From: a virus
Lineage: Duplodnaviria; Caudoviricetes
Reading direction: 5' to 3' (one strand)
Length of the DNA stretch: 54,163 bases
Virus record (IMG/VR): IMGVR_UViG_3300047457_001050
Span: 1-54,163 of that record
Shown: positions 1-10,308 of the stretch, in pieces
Layout: each line of letters opens with the position of its first letter
Position numbering within the stretch: the stretch's first letter is position 1
The notes under the pieces: generated by a model
What the model was told of the DNA's origin: nothing
Databases searched by the model: none
Seen by the model: the letters and a program-made list of their open reading frames with translations, nothing else
Program-made: the position numbers and the translations under genes

Positions 1-758
1 TCATTTGGTCACTATGTCCAATTAAAATTCTAGGAGGTGGAAACCTCTATGTCAAGTTAAACGGACTTGATGAATTTTGCCAACGTGTTCTAGGATGGAA
101 AAATGCAGGGCCACACGCAGGAAGGTTAACAGAAAAGGATTATAATTTTGTAGCTCCTCTACTAGAAGCACAAGATTATCTAGATAAAGTAGAAATATGG
201 AACGGTCAGCAAGACGATTGGCCTATTTTGCTAGATCACTGGAAATTTCATATAGGGGAAAAGTGGCAGGGCAATCAAACAGAATGTTATGCGCTGGCTC
301 TGGGATGGGATATCAATGATCCGGAAATCAGCAAAAAGCTTAATCACGAATCATGGTTAACTCCAGTTGAGCCTTTGCATGTTCCAGGAAGATATATAGC
401 AGTTCACAGAGCCGAAAGATACAACTATAATGGTCAACCCAGCGAAGATTGGTATTCATATATAGATAGAGGTCTAGGTGATTTAGGATTTTTCTTAGGG
501 ACAGAACGTGAACATCAAGAATTTGAAAACATGTTTAAGATCAAAATCCATCATCAGAAAGTCACTGATCTATTAGAAATGGCGAGATATATTCAAGGAG
601 CCGAGCTAATGATCGCTAACCAAAGCGTTCATGTTTCTATTGCGATTGGTTTGGGTAAATCTTATAGATTGGAAATTAGAAAAGACTATGAACACACAGA
701 AACCAGAAAAGGTTACGGAGATAACTGGTTTCCTAGAATCAACGGTTACTATTTTTAA
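1..758 (+). CDS. 5'-truncated glycosyltransferase, GT-B fold (GT9/heptosyltransferase-like)
   Basis: The frame is open from position 3 (IWSLCPIKILGGG...), so the gene starts before the window rather than at 228. C-terminal DLLEMARYIQGAELMIANQS..SIAIGLGK resembles the GT9 C-terminal motif. Confidence 0.55.
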   Translation, partial: IWSLCPIKILGGGNLYVKLNGLDEFCQRVLGWKNAGPHAGRLTEKDYNFVAPLLEAQDYLDKVEIWNGQQDDWPILLDHWKFHIGEKWQGNQTECYALALGWDINDPEISKKLNHESWLTPVEPLHVPGRYIAVHRAERYNYNGQPSEDWYSYIDRGLGDLGFFLGTEREHQEFENMFKIKIHHQKVTDLLEMARYIQGAELMIANQSVHVSIAIGLGKSYRLEIRKDYEHTETRKGYGDNWFPRINGYYF

Positions 759-766
759 GGAAAAAA

Positions 767-1453
767 ATGTTTGCACTTTTTACCATGCATGACGAGAATT
801 ATGAGGCATTGGCCAAATATACTTGGGATCAAAATAAAGTAATTTACGCTAACCTACATGGTTACGGACATTTCAAAAAACCATTCACAGGGGCATTTGA
901 TAAAATTAGATTTACTAAAGAGCTCCTAGAAACTCATCCAGAGTATGAATGGTTTTGGTGGACAGGATGTGATTCTATGATCACTAATATGAGTATCAGG
1001 ATTGAAGACAGAGTTCTCAGTCAATATCATTTTATTATCTCAGTAGATGTTAATGGTATTAACAGTGATAGTTTCCTAATCAGAAATACTCCACAAGGTC
1101 GAGCCATTATTGATGATGTGCTTTCATATGAAGAAGAAGCAATGAAACATTGGGATCAAGACCAGCGAGGAATATGCCTGGCACTAGAACTGCCTTGGAC
1201 TGCTGATCCAACTTGGCCTCCACCTGGACCAATTGAGCTCAGTGACAAATATAAAGATATTGTCAAAATCGTTGCTCAAAAATACATGAACTCTTATAAT
1301 TATGACTTTTATAGGCAATATGCAGATCGCCGTGACAAGTCAGGTGTAAACGGAAATTGGAGTTACGGTGATTGGGTAATTCATTGGCCTGCTCTAACCT
1401 TAGAACAGCGTATTCAATGTTTTAATGCCTATCAACAATTTGTAATTAGATAA
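767..1453 (+). CDS. GT34 (GMA12/MNN10-like) glycosyltransferase
   Basis: YANLHGY, WFWWTGCDSMITN, NSDSFLIRNT, DQ and GDWVIHWP motifs of GT34-like enzymes. Confidence 0.65.
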   Translation: MFALFTMHDENYEALAKYTWDQNKVIYANLHGYGHFKKPFTGAFDKIRFTKELLETHPEYEWFWWTGCDSMITNMSIRIEDRVLSQYHFIISVDVNGINSDSFLIRNTPQGRAIIDDVLSYEEEAMKHWDQDQRGICLALELPWTADPTWPPPGPIELSDKYKDIVKIVAQKYMNSYNYDFYRQYADRRDKSGVNGNWSYGDWVIHWPALTLEQRIQCFNAYQQFVIR

Positions 1454-1456
1454 ATC

Positions 1457-2776
1457 ATGGAACATATTTTAAATCAAATTAAAACTTTTATTACAGATAA
1501 ACACGCCAATAAGGAGTGGGTAGCCGGGCGTGATTTTGTAAACTATGCAGGCCCTTATTTTGACCATAATGAATTTGTAGCAGCGGCTGAAAGTTTGCTC
1601 AATGGATGGTTGGTAATGGGCACGAAGTGTCTAAGTTTCGAACGTAAGTTTCCTAAACAATTTGGCAAACAATATGGTATAGTTACCAATTCTGGATCCA
1701 GCAGCAATTTGCTGATGATGGCCAGTTTGACCAGTAAACGTGGGTATAATCTACCCAAAGGAACAAAAGTTCTTATGCCCATTGCAGGGTTTCCAACTAC
1801 ATTAAATCCAACTCTACAGGTAGGTTTCCAGCCAGTCTTTGTAGACATTGAGCTTGATACTTTAAATTTAAATGTATCACAAGTTGAAGAAGTCTTGTTC
1901 AACAACCCAGACATTCGTGTTATTACATTTGCTCATGTATTAGGTAATCCTCCTAACATGGATAAATTAATGGAATTAGTTAAAAAATACGATCTATTAT
2001 TGTTAGAGGATTGCTGTGATGCACTCGGCTCAACTTACAAAGAAAAACCTCTTGGCTCATTTGGTATTATGGCTTCTTGTAGTTTCTATCCTGCTCATCA
2101 CATGACAATGGGTGAAGGAGGATATGTTGCCTGTAACACCTATGAGCAGGAAGTTATTCTTAGGTCACTTAGAGAATGGGGAAGAGGATGCTATTGTGTA
2201 GGTCCAGAAGCCAATAAACTCAAATGCGGAACTTGTGGGAAAAGATTCGACGAATGGATTCCGACCATGCCTGGAGAAATATTTGATCATAAGTATGTCT
2301 ATGATGAGATCGGCTACAACCTAAAACCGATTGAAGTTCAAGGTGCCATGGGCTTAGAGCAGTTAAAGAAACTAGATACTATTCATTCTCTACGTCGTCG
2401 TAATTATAGCTTGTTATTTGACATCTACAAAGATTATGAAGAATTCTTTATCTTACCTAAGGCTACAGAAGGTAGTGATCCTAGTTGGTTTGCTTTTCCA
2501 TTGACTATTAAACAAGGTGCTCCGTTTAGCCGTAATGATATTGTAGATTACCTAGAAGAAAATCTCATTCAAACCAGACCTTACTTTGCAGGTAATATCA
2601 TGCTTCAACCTGCTTATAGTCATATCATGGATCCGGAAATAGCTAAAAAGAATTATCCGATGGCGACTCTGGCCATGACTAACACCTTTTTCCATGGAAC
2701 TAGTCCAGTGATTACACCTGAGCAAATTAGTTATATCGGTGATAAGGTGAGAAGTTTTTTAAGTTTATATATCTAA
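1457..2776 (+). CDS. rfbH: CDP-4-keto-6-deoxy-D-glucose 3-dehydrase (DegT/DnrJ family, RfbH/DdhC type)
   Basis: NSGSSSNL, EDCCDALG, SFYPAHHMTMGEGG (His in place of the PLP Lys), WGRGCYC..CGTC Fe-S motif, DHKYVYDEIGYNLK. Confidence 0.9.
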   Translation: MEHILNQIKTFITDKHANKEWVAGRDFVNYAGPYFDHNEFVAAAESLLNGWLVMGTKCLSFERKFPKQFGKQYGIVTNSGSSSNLLMMASLTSKRGYNLPKGTKVLMPIAGFPTTLNPTLQVGFQPVFVDIELDTLNLNVSQVEEVLFNNPDIRVITFAHVLGNPPNMDKLMELVKKYDLLLLEDCCDALGSTYKEKPLGSFGIMASCSFYPAHHMTMGEGGYVACNTYEQEVILRSLREWGRGCYCVGPEANKLKCGTCGKRFDEWIPTMPGEIFDHKYVYDEIGYNLKPIEVQGAMGLEQLKKLDTIHSLRRRNYSLLFDIYKDYEEFFILPKATEGSDPSWFAFPLTIKQGAPFSRNDIVDYLEENLIQTRPYFAGNIMLQPAYSHIMDPEIAKKNYPMATLAMTNTFFHGTSPVITPEQISYIGDKVRSFLSLYI

Positions 2777-2786
2777 AAGGAATTTT

Positions 2787-3431
2787 ATGAAAGATCTTGT
2801 GTATCTAAATGAACACGGTTGGTATTGGCCAAAAGAAGATGCTCGTGGACAAGGAGGAGCATGGTTTGACCTAGCAGGTGAATTTGCAGAAACACCTGAA
2901 AAGATTGCAGCAGTTGTTAATCAGCATAGAGTAATTGTTCAGGCAGGAGCAAATTGCGGACTTTATGTAAAAAGATTTGCTAGATTGTTTAAACATGTTT
3001 ATACGTTTGAGCCAGATCCTGTTAACTTTTATTGTCTTAACCTCAATGTAACAGAGCCGAATGTTTACAAATATCAGGCAGCATTGGGTTTTCATAGAGA
3101 AAGGATCGCAGTGGGTAATCATATGCCATTCAATGTAGGAGCCAAACATGTAGAGCCAGGTGGAACTATTCCCACACTTAGGATAGATGATCTAGGATTA
3201 AATGAGTGTGATGTAATTCAGTTAGATGTTGAAGGATTTGAACTTCATGCTTTACATGGTGCTGAACAGACAATACGTGAATGTCGTCCTACTATAATAT
3301 TAGAATTTGGATGGGAGCACAGATATGGAGTTACTAAAGAAGACGTAGAGCTTTATTTGAAAGCATTAGATTATCACTTAGAAGGTCCACTGAAGGGTGC
3401 CCAAGCAGATTTAATCTATAGGCCAAATTAA
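2787..3431 (+). CDS. FkbM-family methyltransferase
   Basis: VIVQAGANCG, YTFEPDP and IQLDVEGFELHALHGA motifs. Confidence 0.85.
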   Translation: MKDLVYLNEHGWYWPKEDARGQGGAWFDLAGEFAETPEKIAAVVNQHRVIVQAGANCGLYVKRFARLFKHVYTFEPDPVNFYCLNLNVTEPNVYKYQAALGFHRERIAVGNHMPFNVGAKHVEPGGTIPTLRIDDLGLNECDVIQLDVEGFELHALHGAEQTIRECRPTIILEFGWEHRYGVTKEDVELYLKALDYHLEGPLKGAQADLIYRPN

Positions 3432-3432
3432 T

Positions 3433-4119
3433 ATGAATAATCATAATACTGTTATTGTTCGTAAGCCTTGGGGATATGAATATCTAGCCTATAAAAATGA
3501 TGTAATGAGTTTATGGCTATTGCATATTAACAAGGGTGAAAAGACTAGTATGCACTGCCATCCAACTAAAACTACTGGACTAATTATTGCAGGTGGTTGT
3601 GCAGAAATTAACTTTATATCAGATAGTAAGATACTTCGTGCTCCAAGTAAGCAAATGATAAGACGTGGATTATTTCATCAAACCTGCGCTCTTACTGATG
3701 TAGTGTTATTAGAAGCAGAAACACCGGTAGATAAAAATGACCTGGTAAGATTACAGGACAACTATGGGAGAACAAATCAAGGCTATGAAAGTCTAGAGTT
3801 TGAACTACCAAAAACTGAAAGTTGTATTTGGATCACTGATCCGGAAAATGATAATGTTGATAGATACGAAGTCGGTGACAGTATCTTATATGTGTTAAAC
3901 GCTACTGACGATGTGCTTGATGAATTCAACGACGATGATCTTGTTATGGTCCTAAAAGGTGGACTGATGAAAGATGTGAACAAGAGAGAGCATGATGTGG
4001 TCATTCCTGGAGATGTTGGGCTAGTAAAGGTAGTAAAAAGAGTAGCTAAGGAAATGGATGGTTTCAGACCGGAAACTGTCTTGATGTTTGTAAAAGAAAT
4101 CAAATATAATCAATGTTAA
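3433..4119 (+). CDS. Cupin-domain protein (mannose-6-phosphate isomerase type II-like)
   Basis: KPWGYE, TSMHCHPTK and DLVRLQDNYGR motifs. Confidence 0.75.
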   Translation: MNNHNTVIVRKPWGYEYLAYKNDVMSLWLLHINKGEKTSMHCHPTKTTGLIIAGGCAEINFISDSKILRAPSKQMIRRGLFHQTCALTDVVLLEAETPVDKNDLVRLQDNYGRTNQGYESLEFELPKTESCIWITDPENDNVDRYEVGDSILYVLNATDDVLDEFNDDDLVMVLKGGLMKDVNKREHDVVIPGDVGLVKVVKRVAKEMDGFRPETVLMFVKEIKYNQC

Positions 4120-4120
4120 T

Positions 4121-5914
4121 ATGAGAATATCAGACTATATTGCACAATTTTTTAAAGACAAAGGTGTTGATCTAGCCTTTGCTATAACAGGATCAGGAAG
4201 CATACGCTTGATTGAAAGTTTTGAACAAGCTGGCGTGTCTTATGTTTGCCCACATCAAGAGCAAGCAGGAATTATGTCTTCGTTAGTAAGAATGAGAGCT
4301 TCAGGTAACCCGGCGGTAATGATGGTAACAGGTGGCCCGGGAGCAAGTAATACTCTAATCGGTCTAGCAGATGCACACCTAGATAGTATGCCATTGTTTA
4401 TTCTAGCAGGTCAAGAAAACCTTGAATATGTTCATCCGGCCAACGAGATGCGTGGTAAAGGTGTTCAAGGACTCAACATGGTAGATATTACTAAAACTGT
4501 GACTAAATTCGGTTATTGTTTAACTGATCCTAAAGACATTAAATGGATGTTAGAAAAGGCATACCATCTTGCCTATTCAGGAAGACCAGGTCCTGTTTGG
4601 CTTGAGATTCCTCAAAATCTTCAACATGCTCAAATTAATCTAGATGAGTTAGTAGGGTTCACTCCAGATGCTGAACCTGATGTCGACTTATCAACTGTAG
4701 TTAATTCAGTTATTGATCTAATTAAACAAGCTGAAAGACCTTTACTTTGGATCGGACACGGTGTTAGAATTGCTAATGGAATTGAAGCATTAGAGCGTGT
4801 TCAGACTAAGATTAATATGCCTTCGTTAGTTTCATGGCAGGCAGCAGACATATTATGCGATGATGACTCGAACTTTGTAGGTCGTGCTGGAACATATGGT
4901 CAGAGATTTGCTAATCTAGCTCTACAAAATTGTGATCTTCTAATCACTGTAGGAACAAGATTGGCCTTGCCTCAACGAGGATTTAACGATCTTGCTTTTA
5001 GCAGGGCAAGTAAAAAAGTTATTGTTGATATTGATCCTATCGAGTTAAACAAATATAAGTTTAATGTGGATATTCCAGTATTAGCAGATGCAAGGAAATT
5101 TTTAGAAGCCTTGGATACAGCACTAACTGGAACTATAGACACTAGCTGGACAGCTTGGAGATCTAAAATATCTCATTGGCAGCAAAAGTATCCTATGGCA
5201 GTTGAACCAAAAAATTTGGATGAAGAAGGCATTAATAGCTATTGGTTTATTGAGCTACTAAGTAGATCGTTAGGCACAAATTGTAATATTATAACAGACA
5301 TGGGAACCGCTTTAACATGCACTCATGCTGCTATAAAATTGAAAAAGGGACAAAGATTAATTACTAGCACAGGCCTAGGCGAAATGGGATTCGGTCTTCC
5401 TGGTGCTATTGGTTCTGCACTTTGCTCTGATAAGACTAGACAAACAATTCTTATAGCAGGGGAGGGGAGTTTTATGATGAACCTTCAAGAGCTGCAAACC
5501 ATGATTGAGAACAATTTAAACATTAAAATATTCTTATTGAATAATAATGGATATCTTACAATCAAACACACACATAATGCAATCTATCAGAGTGCAGGTT
5601 CAGCAGGAGCATGTGGTCCTAAATCTGGAGTAACATTCCCTGATTTTAAAAAAATAGCCTCTGCATTTGGTCTTCAACATAGGATAAAAACAAATTCTAG
5701 GAACCTTGAATTCTTTATTAATCAAATTTTGAATACAGATGGACCTATATTTGCAGAAATTAAAATGCCAGAATTTCAAGAGCTAATTCCTAAGAGTGCA
5801 GTTAAGACCAGACCAGACGGCACAATGTATAGTAGTCCTCTAGAAGATCTATATCCTTTCTTAACTAAAGAAGAGCTTGAATCCGAAATGATAATTCCAC
5901 TAATGGAGAACTAG
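4121..5914 (+). CDS. Thiamine-diphosphate-dependent enzyme (acetolactate-synthase fold, YerE-like by context)
   Basis: HQEQ, TGGPGASN, SGRPGPVWLEIP, MGFGLPGAIG and GEGSFMMN..NNNGY ThDP motif; lies inside a sugar cluster. Confidence 0.85.
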   Translation: MRISDYIAQFFKDKGVDLAFAITGSGSIRLIESFEQAGVSYVCPHQEQAGIMSSLVRMRASGNPAVMMVTGGPGASNTLIGLADAHLDSMPLFILAGQENLEYVHPANEMRGKGVQGLNMVDITKTVTKFGYCLTDPKDIKWMLEKAYHLAYSGRPGPVWLEIPQNLQHAQINLDELVGFTPDAEPDVDLSTVVNSVIDLIKQAERPLLWIGHGVRIANGIEALERVQTKINMPSLVSWQAADILCDDDSNFVGRAGTYGQRFANLALQNCDLLITVGTRLALPQRGFNDLAFSRASKKVIVDIDPIELNKYKFNVDIPVLADARKFLEALDTALTGTIDTSWTAWRSKISHWQQKYPMAVEPKNLDEEGINSYWFIELLSRSLGTNCNIITDMGTALTCTHAAIKLKKGQRLITSTGLGEMGFGLPGAIGSALCSDKTRQTILIAGEGSFMMNLQELQTMIENNLNIKIFLLNNNGYLTIKHTHNAIYQSAGSAGACGPKSGVTFPDFKKIASAFGLQHRIKTNSRNLEFFINQILNTDGPIFAEIKMPEFQELIPKSAVKTRPDGTMYSSPLEDLYPFLTKEELESEMIIPLMEN

Positions 5915-5915
5915 G

Positions 5916-6662
5916 ATGACAAAAACAAAATTTGGGTTTTTTGTAAAATGCCCGTCTATGGAAATGATTGAAGCTATGGGCATAGCAGGTTGTGATTTTG
6001 CAGTAGTAGATATGGAGCATACACCTCTTAGTCCTAGAGACTTATATCCTTTACTATTAGCAGCAGAACGTAGAAATTTAGAAATGATTGTACGGATACC
6101 ACAAGGCAGTGAGCCGTACTTTAAATGGTGCAGAGACTTAAATGTCTCTGCAATTCAAGTGCCACATATTCAATCAGCTGCTGATGTTAATGCAGCCGTT
6201 AACTCTACAATGTTTGCACCTGTAGGTAATAGAGGTTTATGCAGATTTGTTCGAGCTAGTAACTTTTCTAGACTCAATAAAGATCAGTATCTCGAATATG
6301 CTAACTCGCATAATAAATTGATCTTGCAGTTAGAAGGAACTGAAGCTGTTAAAAATATCGATGAAATCATTTCGGCTATTCCTAGCAATGTTAGTTTATT
6401 TGTAGGTCCGTATGATCTAAGTCAAAGTATGGGTAAACCTGGTGAAATATGGGATCCAGAAGTTCAAAATGCAATGAATATGATTATAGATAAATGTCAA
6501 ACTGCTAGCATTCCTATCGGAACATTTACTGATACTATAGAAGGCCTACAAAAATGGCGTCAGCGAGGAATAGATTTTATTCAATATGCCTCCGATCTTA
6601 ATTTGTTTATAAATGCAGCAAGATCTTTAATATCATCATCCGGATATCCTATAGGTTACTAA
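5916..6662 (+). CDS. HpcH/HpaI-family aldolase
   Basis: VDMEHT, IQVPHI, LQLE and FVGPYDLSQSMG motifs. Confidence 0.85.
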   Translation: MTKTKFGFFVKCPSMEMIEAMGIAGCDFAVVDMEHTPLSPRDLYPLLLAAERRNLEMIVRIPQGSEPYFKWCRDLNVSAIQVPHIQSAADVNAAVNSTMFAPVGNRGLCRFVRASNFSRLNKDQYLEYANSHNKLILQLEGTEAVKNIDEIISAIPSNVSLFVGPYDLSQSMGKPGEIWDPEVQNAMNMIIDKCQTASIPIGTFTDTIEGLQKWRQRGIDFIQYASDLNLFINAARSLISSSGYPIGY

Positions 6663-7613
6663 ATGAGCAAAGTTTTAATTACAGGCGCCAATGGATTCAT
6701 TGGACACTATCTTGTTGACGAATTTATCAAAGATCATCAAGTGGTATGTTTGCTTAGACCGAATACAAAAAATTTGATAAGGCTTGATCCTTATCAAGAT
6801 CGAATAAAAATAATCTATCACGACATAAGAGAGCCAGCAACTCATCTGGCTGATCAGTTGTTTGATACAGAGTTAATACTACATGCAGCAGGCAATGCTA
6901 GTGCTGAAAGCTCCATAAAAGATCCTTTAAGTGTTATCACTGATAATGTTATTGGAACTACAAATCTTTTAAATTTAGCTAGGTTGTTACCTCTAAAGCG
7001 ATTCTTTTATTATAGTGCAGGTGAGGTTTTTGGCCCAGTTAGCCCTAATTACGATTCAAAGGAAACTGACAGATATAATTCAGTCAGTCCTTATGCCGCC
7101 TCAAAAGCCAGCGGGGAGGAAATTTGTATTGCTTATTCAAGCACGTTCCATGTGCCTATTAGCATAACACACATAACGAATACATTTGGTCAACGATCGC
7201 AAAGTAATCGGTTTCCTGTTAGCACAATTAGAAAAGTCTTAGCCGGTGAACCACTGGTTATACATAAAGGACAAGATGGATCTATCAGTGGAAGACGGTG
7301 GTTCCATGCTCAGGATGTTGCTCTACATACACGTTTTATTTTAGATCATCAAAAAACACTTTGTGAAAAATGGAATAGTTCAGGATTAACTTACTACACA
7401 AATTTAGAATTCGCTAATCTTATTGCACTAGCACTAGATAAAGAATTAGTTTATAATTTTGACACTAATATTAGAGTTGGGAATGAACCCAAGTTTTCCC
7501 CAAGTCCTGCCAAATTAGTTGAACACGGCTGGCAGGAGCCGTTAAATATGTTTCAAAGAATACAAGAAACTGTTCATTGGTATACCGAAAATACCGAATG
7601 GTTAGCTTGTTAG
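6663..7613 (+). CDS. NAD-dependent sugar epimerase/dehydratase/reductase (extended SDR)
   Basis: VLITGANGFIG and YAASK motifs; has SAGEVFG where 4,6-dehydratases have STDEVYG. Confidence 0.85.
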   Translation: MSKVLITGANGFIGHYLVDEFIKDHQVVCLLRPNTKNLIRLDPYQDRIKIIYHDIREPATHLADQLFDTELILHAAGNASAESSIKDPLSVITDNVIGTTNLLNLARLLPLKRFFYYSAGEVFGPVSPNYDSKETDRYNSVSPYAASKASGEEICIAYSSTFHVPISITHITNTFGQRSQSNRFPVSTIRKVLAGEPLVIHKGQDGSISGRRWFHAQDVALHTRFILDHQKTLCEKWNSSGLTYYTNLEFANLIALALDKELVYNFDTNIRVGNEPKFSPSPAKLVEHGWQEPLNMFQRIQETVHWYTENTEWLAC

Positions 7614-7621
7614 GAGATAAA

Positions 7622-8518
7622 ATGACTGTTTATGATTGCACACAATTTTTTCAAGAAAATGATGTATATGAAATTCGATTGAATCAGCATTGGGATTTTG
7701 TCGATAAATTTATTGTTGTAGAAGCTGGAGAAACACACACAGGTAGACCTAAGCCATTAAGATTTGATCATGAAAGATTTGCTCCATATAAAGAGAAATT
7801 ACATTATGTAAGCTTTGACAATTTTCAAGATGCTATTTACAAATATCCTTGGTTATTAGACAGTCATGCAACTCGTAATAGAGATAACACTGATACTGAT
7901 GATTGGATAAGAGATCTGTTTCAATTTAATTGGATTTATAAAACTCTTTTAGAATTAGATGCTAAAGACGACGATGTTGTAATTTTTAGCCCATGTGATG
8001 AAATTCTTAAAAAAGAAACAGTTGACACAGCTATCAGCTACTTCAATGATCCGAACTTTACCCATCCACAAGGCCTTCGACCTATTGTTTTTTGTGATAC
8101 ATTTCTTTATATCTACAAAATAAATCTACAACACAAATTAGACAATGGTGAATATGCTTGTAGCAGTATTACCCAATTTGCTAATTTTAAGAAATACTTA
8201 CCAGGAACATTAAGAGAATTGTATTTTCAAATAAGAACACATCCTAACATTAAAAATGCAGGATGGCACTTTAGTTCAATTGATAATACTAACGGTTATA
8301 TGTTGTTAGAGAAATATCGTAGTTGGGCACATTCTAAAGATGTGTTACCTAATCGTGATAAGACAAAATGGGAATTAGAAACTCCAGAAGAAGCTATAGA
8401 AAGAACGATGCAAGATTTTGGATTTATCTTCAATCCAATTCCAATCACATATGATACTCATCCTAAGTGGGTTGTAGATAATCAAGACAAATTACAAAGT
8501 ATTATCTACAAGGGATAA
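7622..8518 (+). CDS. GT17-family glycosyltransferase-like protein
   Basis: VYDCTQFFQE..EIRL..VDKFIVVE..THTGRPK, DE and AGWHFS motifs; ATG at 7622 follows a GGAG SD. Confidence 0.75.
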   Translation: MTVYDCTQFFQENDVYEIRLNQHWDFVDKFIVVEAGETHTGRPKPLRFDHERFAPYKEKLHYVSFDNFQDAIYKYPWLLDSHATRNRDNTDTDDWIRDLFQFNWIYKTLLELDAKDDDVVIFSPCDEILKKETVDTAISYFNDPNFTHPQGLRPIVFCDTFLYIYKINLQHKLDNGEYACSSITQFANFKKYLPGTLRELYFQIRTHPNIKNAGWHFSSIDNTNGYMLLEKYRSWAHSKDVLPNRDKTKWELETPEEAIERTMQDFGFIFNPIPITYDTHPKWVVDNQDKLQSIIYKG

Positions 8519-8521
8519 TCT

Positions 8522-9463
8522 ATGAAGAAAATTGTCTATGTAACAGGATGTTTAGGGTTTATTGGATATCATGTTACTAAAAAATGTTTAGAAAAAGGTT
8601 GGTATGTTATTGGTGTAGATAAAATGACCTATGCCAGTAATCCCCAATTTTTACCAGAATTAGAATCATCTGATAATTTTAAATTTATTAAGAGCGACAT
8701 AAATGATCTCGATAGACTACTTGACTGTGACTATATTATTAACACTGCTGCCGAGACACATGTTGATAACAGTATTATGTCAAGTGATATCTTCCTTAAA
8801 AGTAACGTAAACGGTGTTCATCATTTACTAAGTTTGATTCAGCAAAAACGTAGATTCATAATGCCGACGTTATTACACTTTAGCACAGACGAAGTTTACG
8901 GTGATATAGAACAAGGGTTTCATGCAGAATCTGATTTATTGAAACCTAGCAATCCTTACAGTGCTACAAAGGCTGCTGCTGATATGTTAGTATTAGCTTG
9001 GGCAAGAACTTTTGACATTCCTTATGTTATCGTAAGACCTACAAACAATTACGGGATAGGGCAATATGTTGAAAAACTTATTCCTAAGAGCATTAAGCAT
9101 CTTACCATAGGTCGTAAAATTGATCTTCATGATAAAGGAACTCCTAGAAGAACATGGCTCCATGTTGACGATACAGCTCGTGCAGTTTTAACCATTATCG
9201 AATCTGGTGTAAAAAATGAAATTTATAATATATCAGGTAACTATGAAGAGTCAAATCTTACTGTAGTTAAGAAGATTTTGAAATTGTATGGAAATATAGG
9301 AAGCTATGAGCAGTATGTTCAAGATCTTAAAAGACCTGGGCAAGATGTTAGATATGCTATTTCCGATGAAAAATTAAAACAGCTAGGTTGGCAACCTCAT
9401 GCTGACTTTGATATTGAATTAGAACGTATAGTAGACTATTACAAAAATAATTTTATTTGGTAA
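8522..9463 (+). CDS. rfbB: dTDP-glucose 4,6-dehydratase-like SDR
   Basis: TGCLGFIG, DKMTYAS, AAETHVDNSI, STDEVYG, YSATKA, NNYG and RPGQDVRYA motifs. Confidence 0.85.
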   Translation: MKKIVYVTGCLGFIGYHVTKKCLEKGWYVIGVDKMTYASNPQFLPELESSDNFKFIKSDINDLDRLLDCDYIINTAAETHVDNSIMSSDIFLKSNVNGVHHLLSLIQQKRRFIMPTLLHFSTDEVYGDIEQGFHAESDLLKPSNPYSATKAAADMLVLAWARTFDIPYVIVRPTNNYGIGQYVEKLIPKSIKHLTIGRKIDLHDKGTPRRTWLHVDDTARAVLTIIESGVKNEIYNISGNYEESNLTVVKKILKLYGNIGSYEQYVQDLKRPGQDVRYAISDEKLKQLGWQPHADFDIELERIVDYYKNNFIW

Positions 9464-9476
9464 TTAACCATGTAGA

Positions 9477-9526
9477 TTACACTGTTCCCAATTAACACTA
9501 AATATAATTGTTATTGGGAGCGGTAA
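9477..9526 (+). promoter_or_regulatory. Late-type TAAATA promoter in the loop of an SD-masking hairpin
   Basis: ACTGTTCCCAATTAACA pairs imperfectly with TGTTATTGGGAGCGGT; CTAAATA is in the loop and the GGAG SD is in the 3' arm. Confidence 0.6.
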
Positions 9527-9527
9527 C

Positions 9528-9803
9528 ATGGATTTCTTTAAATTAGTAGCAGATGTTGGATTTCCTATAGCGGCTGCACTAGCTGCGGGCTACTTTGTTT
9601 TCCTTACACTAAAATTTATTCTAGATGGCGTCACATCTAGTGTCAATGGTATGGCTGGAATAATTAAAGGCCTTGATGCTAGAGTATCTACAATGAACCA
9701 TGATGTTCAACGTATTGATGTAAAGATCAGTCATGCGCTAGGCCTACAGCCTGATTATAATCGAATCAGTCGTGCTGAGCAGAGTGATCAAAGGAGAGAC
9801 TGA
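9528..9803 (+). CDS. Small membrane protein (YvrJ-like/holin-like), paralog 1
   Basis: GFPI motif, one TM helix, then a coiled coil. Confidence 0.55.
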   Translation: MDFFKLVADVGFPIAAALAAGYFVFLTLKFILDGVTSSVNGMAGIIKGLDARVSTMNHDVQRIDVKISHALGLQPDYNRISRAEQSDQRRD

Positions 9804-9910
9804 TGACTCCGTTGGAACTTATACATGCCGCAGGAATAGGCATAGATGAAAACAAACACCCCGAACTATTTCGATATCTTATGGAATTACTGTATCAATG
9901 GAAAATATAG
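9803..9910 (+). CDS. Unannotated 35-aa ORF (MTPLELIHAAG...LYQWKI)
   Basis: ATG overlaps the upstream stop (TGATG), AGGAG lies upstream, and the ORF fills the gap between the two paralogs. Confidence 0.4.
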   Translation: MTPLELIHAAGIGIDENKHPELFRYLMELLYQWKI

Positions 9911-10308
9911 CAGAACTTATAAACAAATATGGCTTTCCTATTGTCAGCGCCGCAGGTATGGGTTACTTTATTTTCTTTGTATGGAAATGGGTGACTACGG
10001 TTGTTAAGCCTGTGATTGGTCAAGCAAATGGAACGCTGATTGCTCTAATTGATCGTATTCGCATGTTGGATAATGACCTAATAAGATTGAATCAAAAAGT
10101 AGAAACAGTATTACAACTACGTGGAAAAACCATTGATAAAGAACGTATCATCGCCGAACAAGAAATTAACGTTGATCCATTTAAGAAGAAAAAAGAAGAA
10201 GATGCTGCTGCCAAGAAAGCCGCCGAAGAAGCAGACAAGCCCATAGGTGGTCCTAAAGGTCGTAAAGCCACAGCGCAGGAAATTAAAGACGCAGCCGGCG
10301 ATGAATAA
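9898..10308 (+). CDS. Small membrane protein (YvrJ-like/holin-like), paralog 2
   Basis: YGFPIVSAAGMGYFIFF and RIRMLDNDLIRLN align with VGFPIAAALAAGYFVFL and RVSTMNHDVQRID of paralog 1. Confidence 0.55.
   Translation: MENIAELINKYGFPIVSAAGMGYFIFFVWKWVTTVVKPVIGQANGTLIALIDRIRMLDNDLIRLNQKVETVLQLRGKTIDKERIIAEQEINVDPFKKKKEEDAAAKKAAEEADKPIGGPKGRKATAQEIKDAAGDE

Noticed and set aside
4121-5914. ilvB for branched-chain amino acid synthesis
   Set aside because: No regulatory subunit or other ilv genes, and it is embedded in a sugar-nucleotide cluster.
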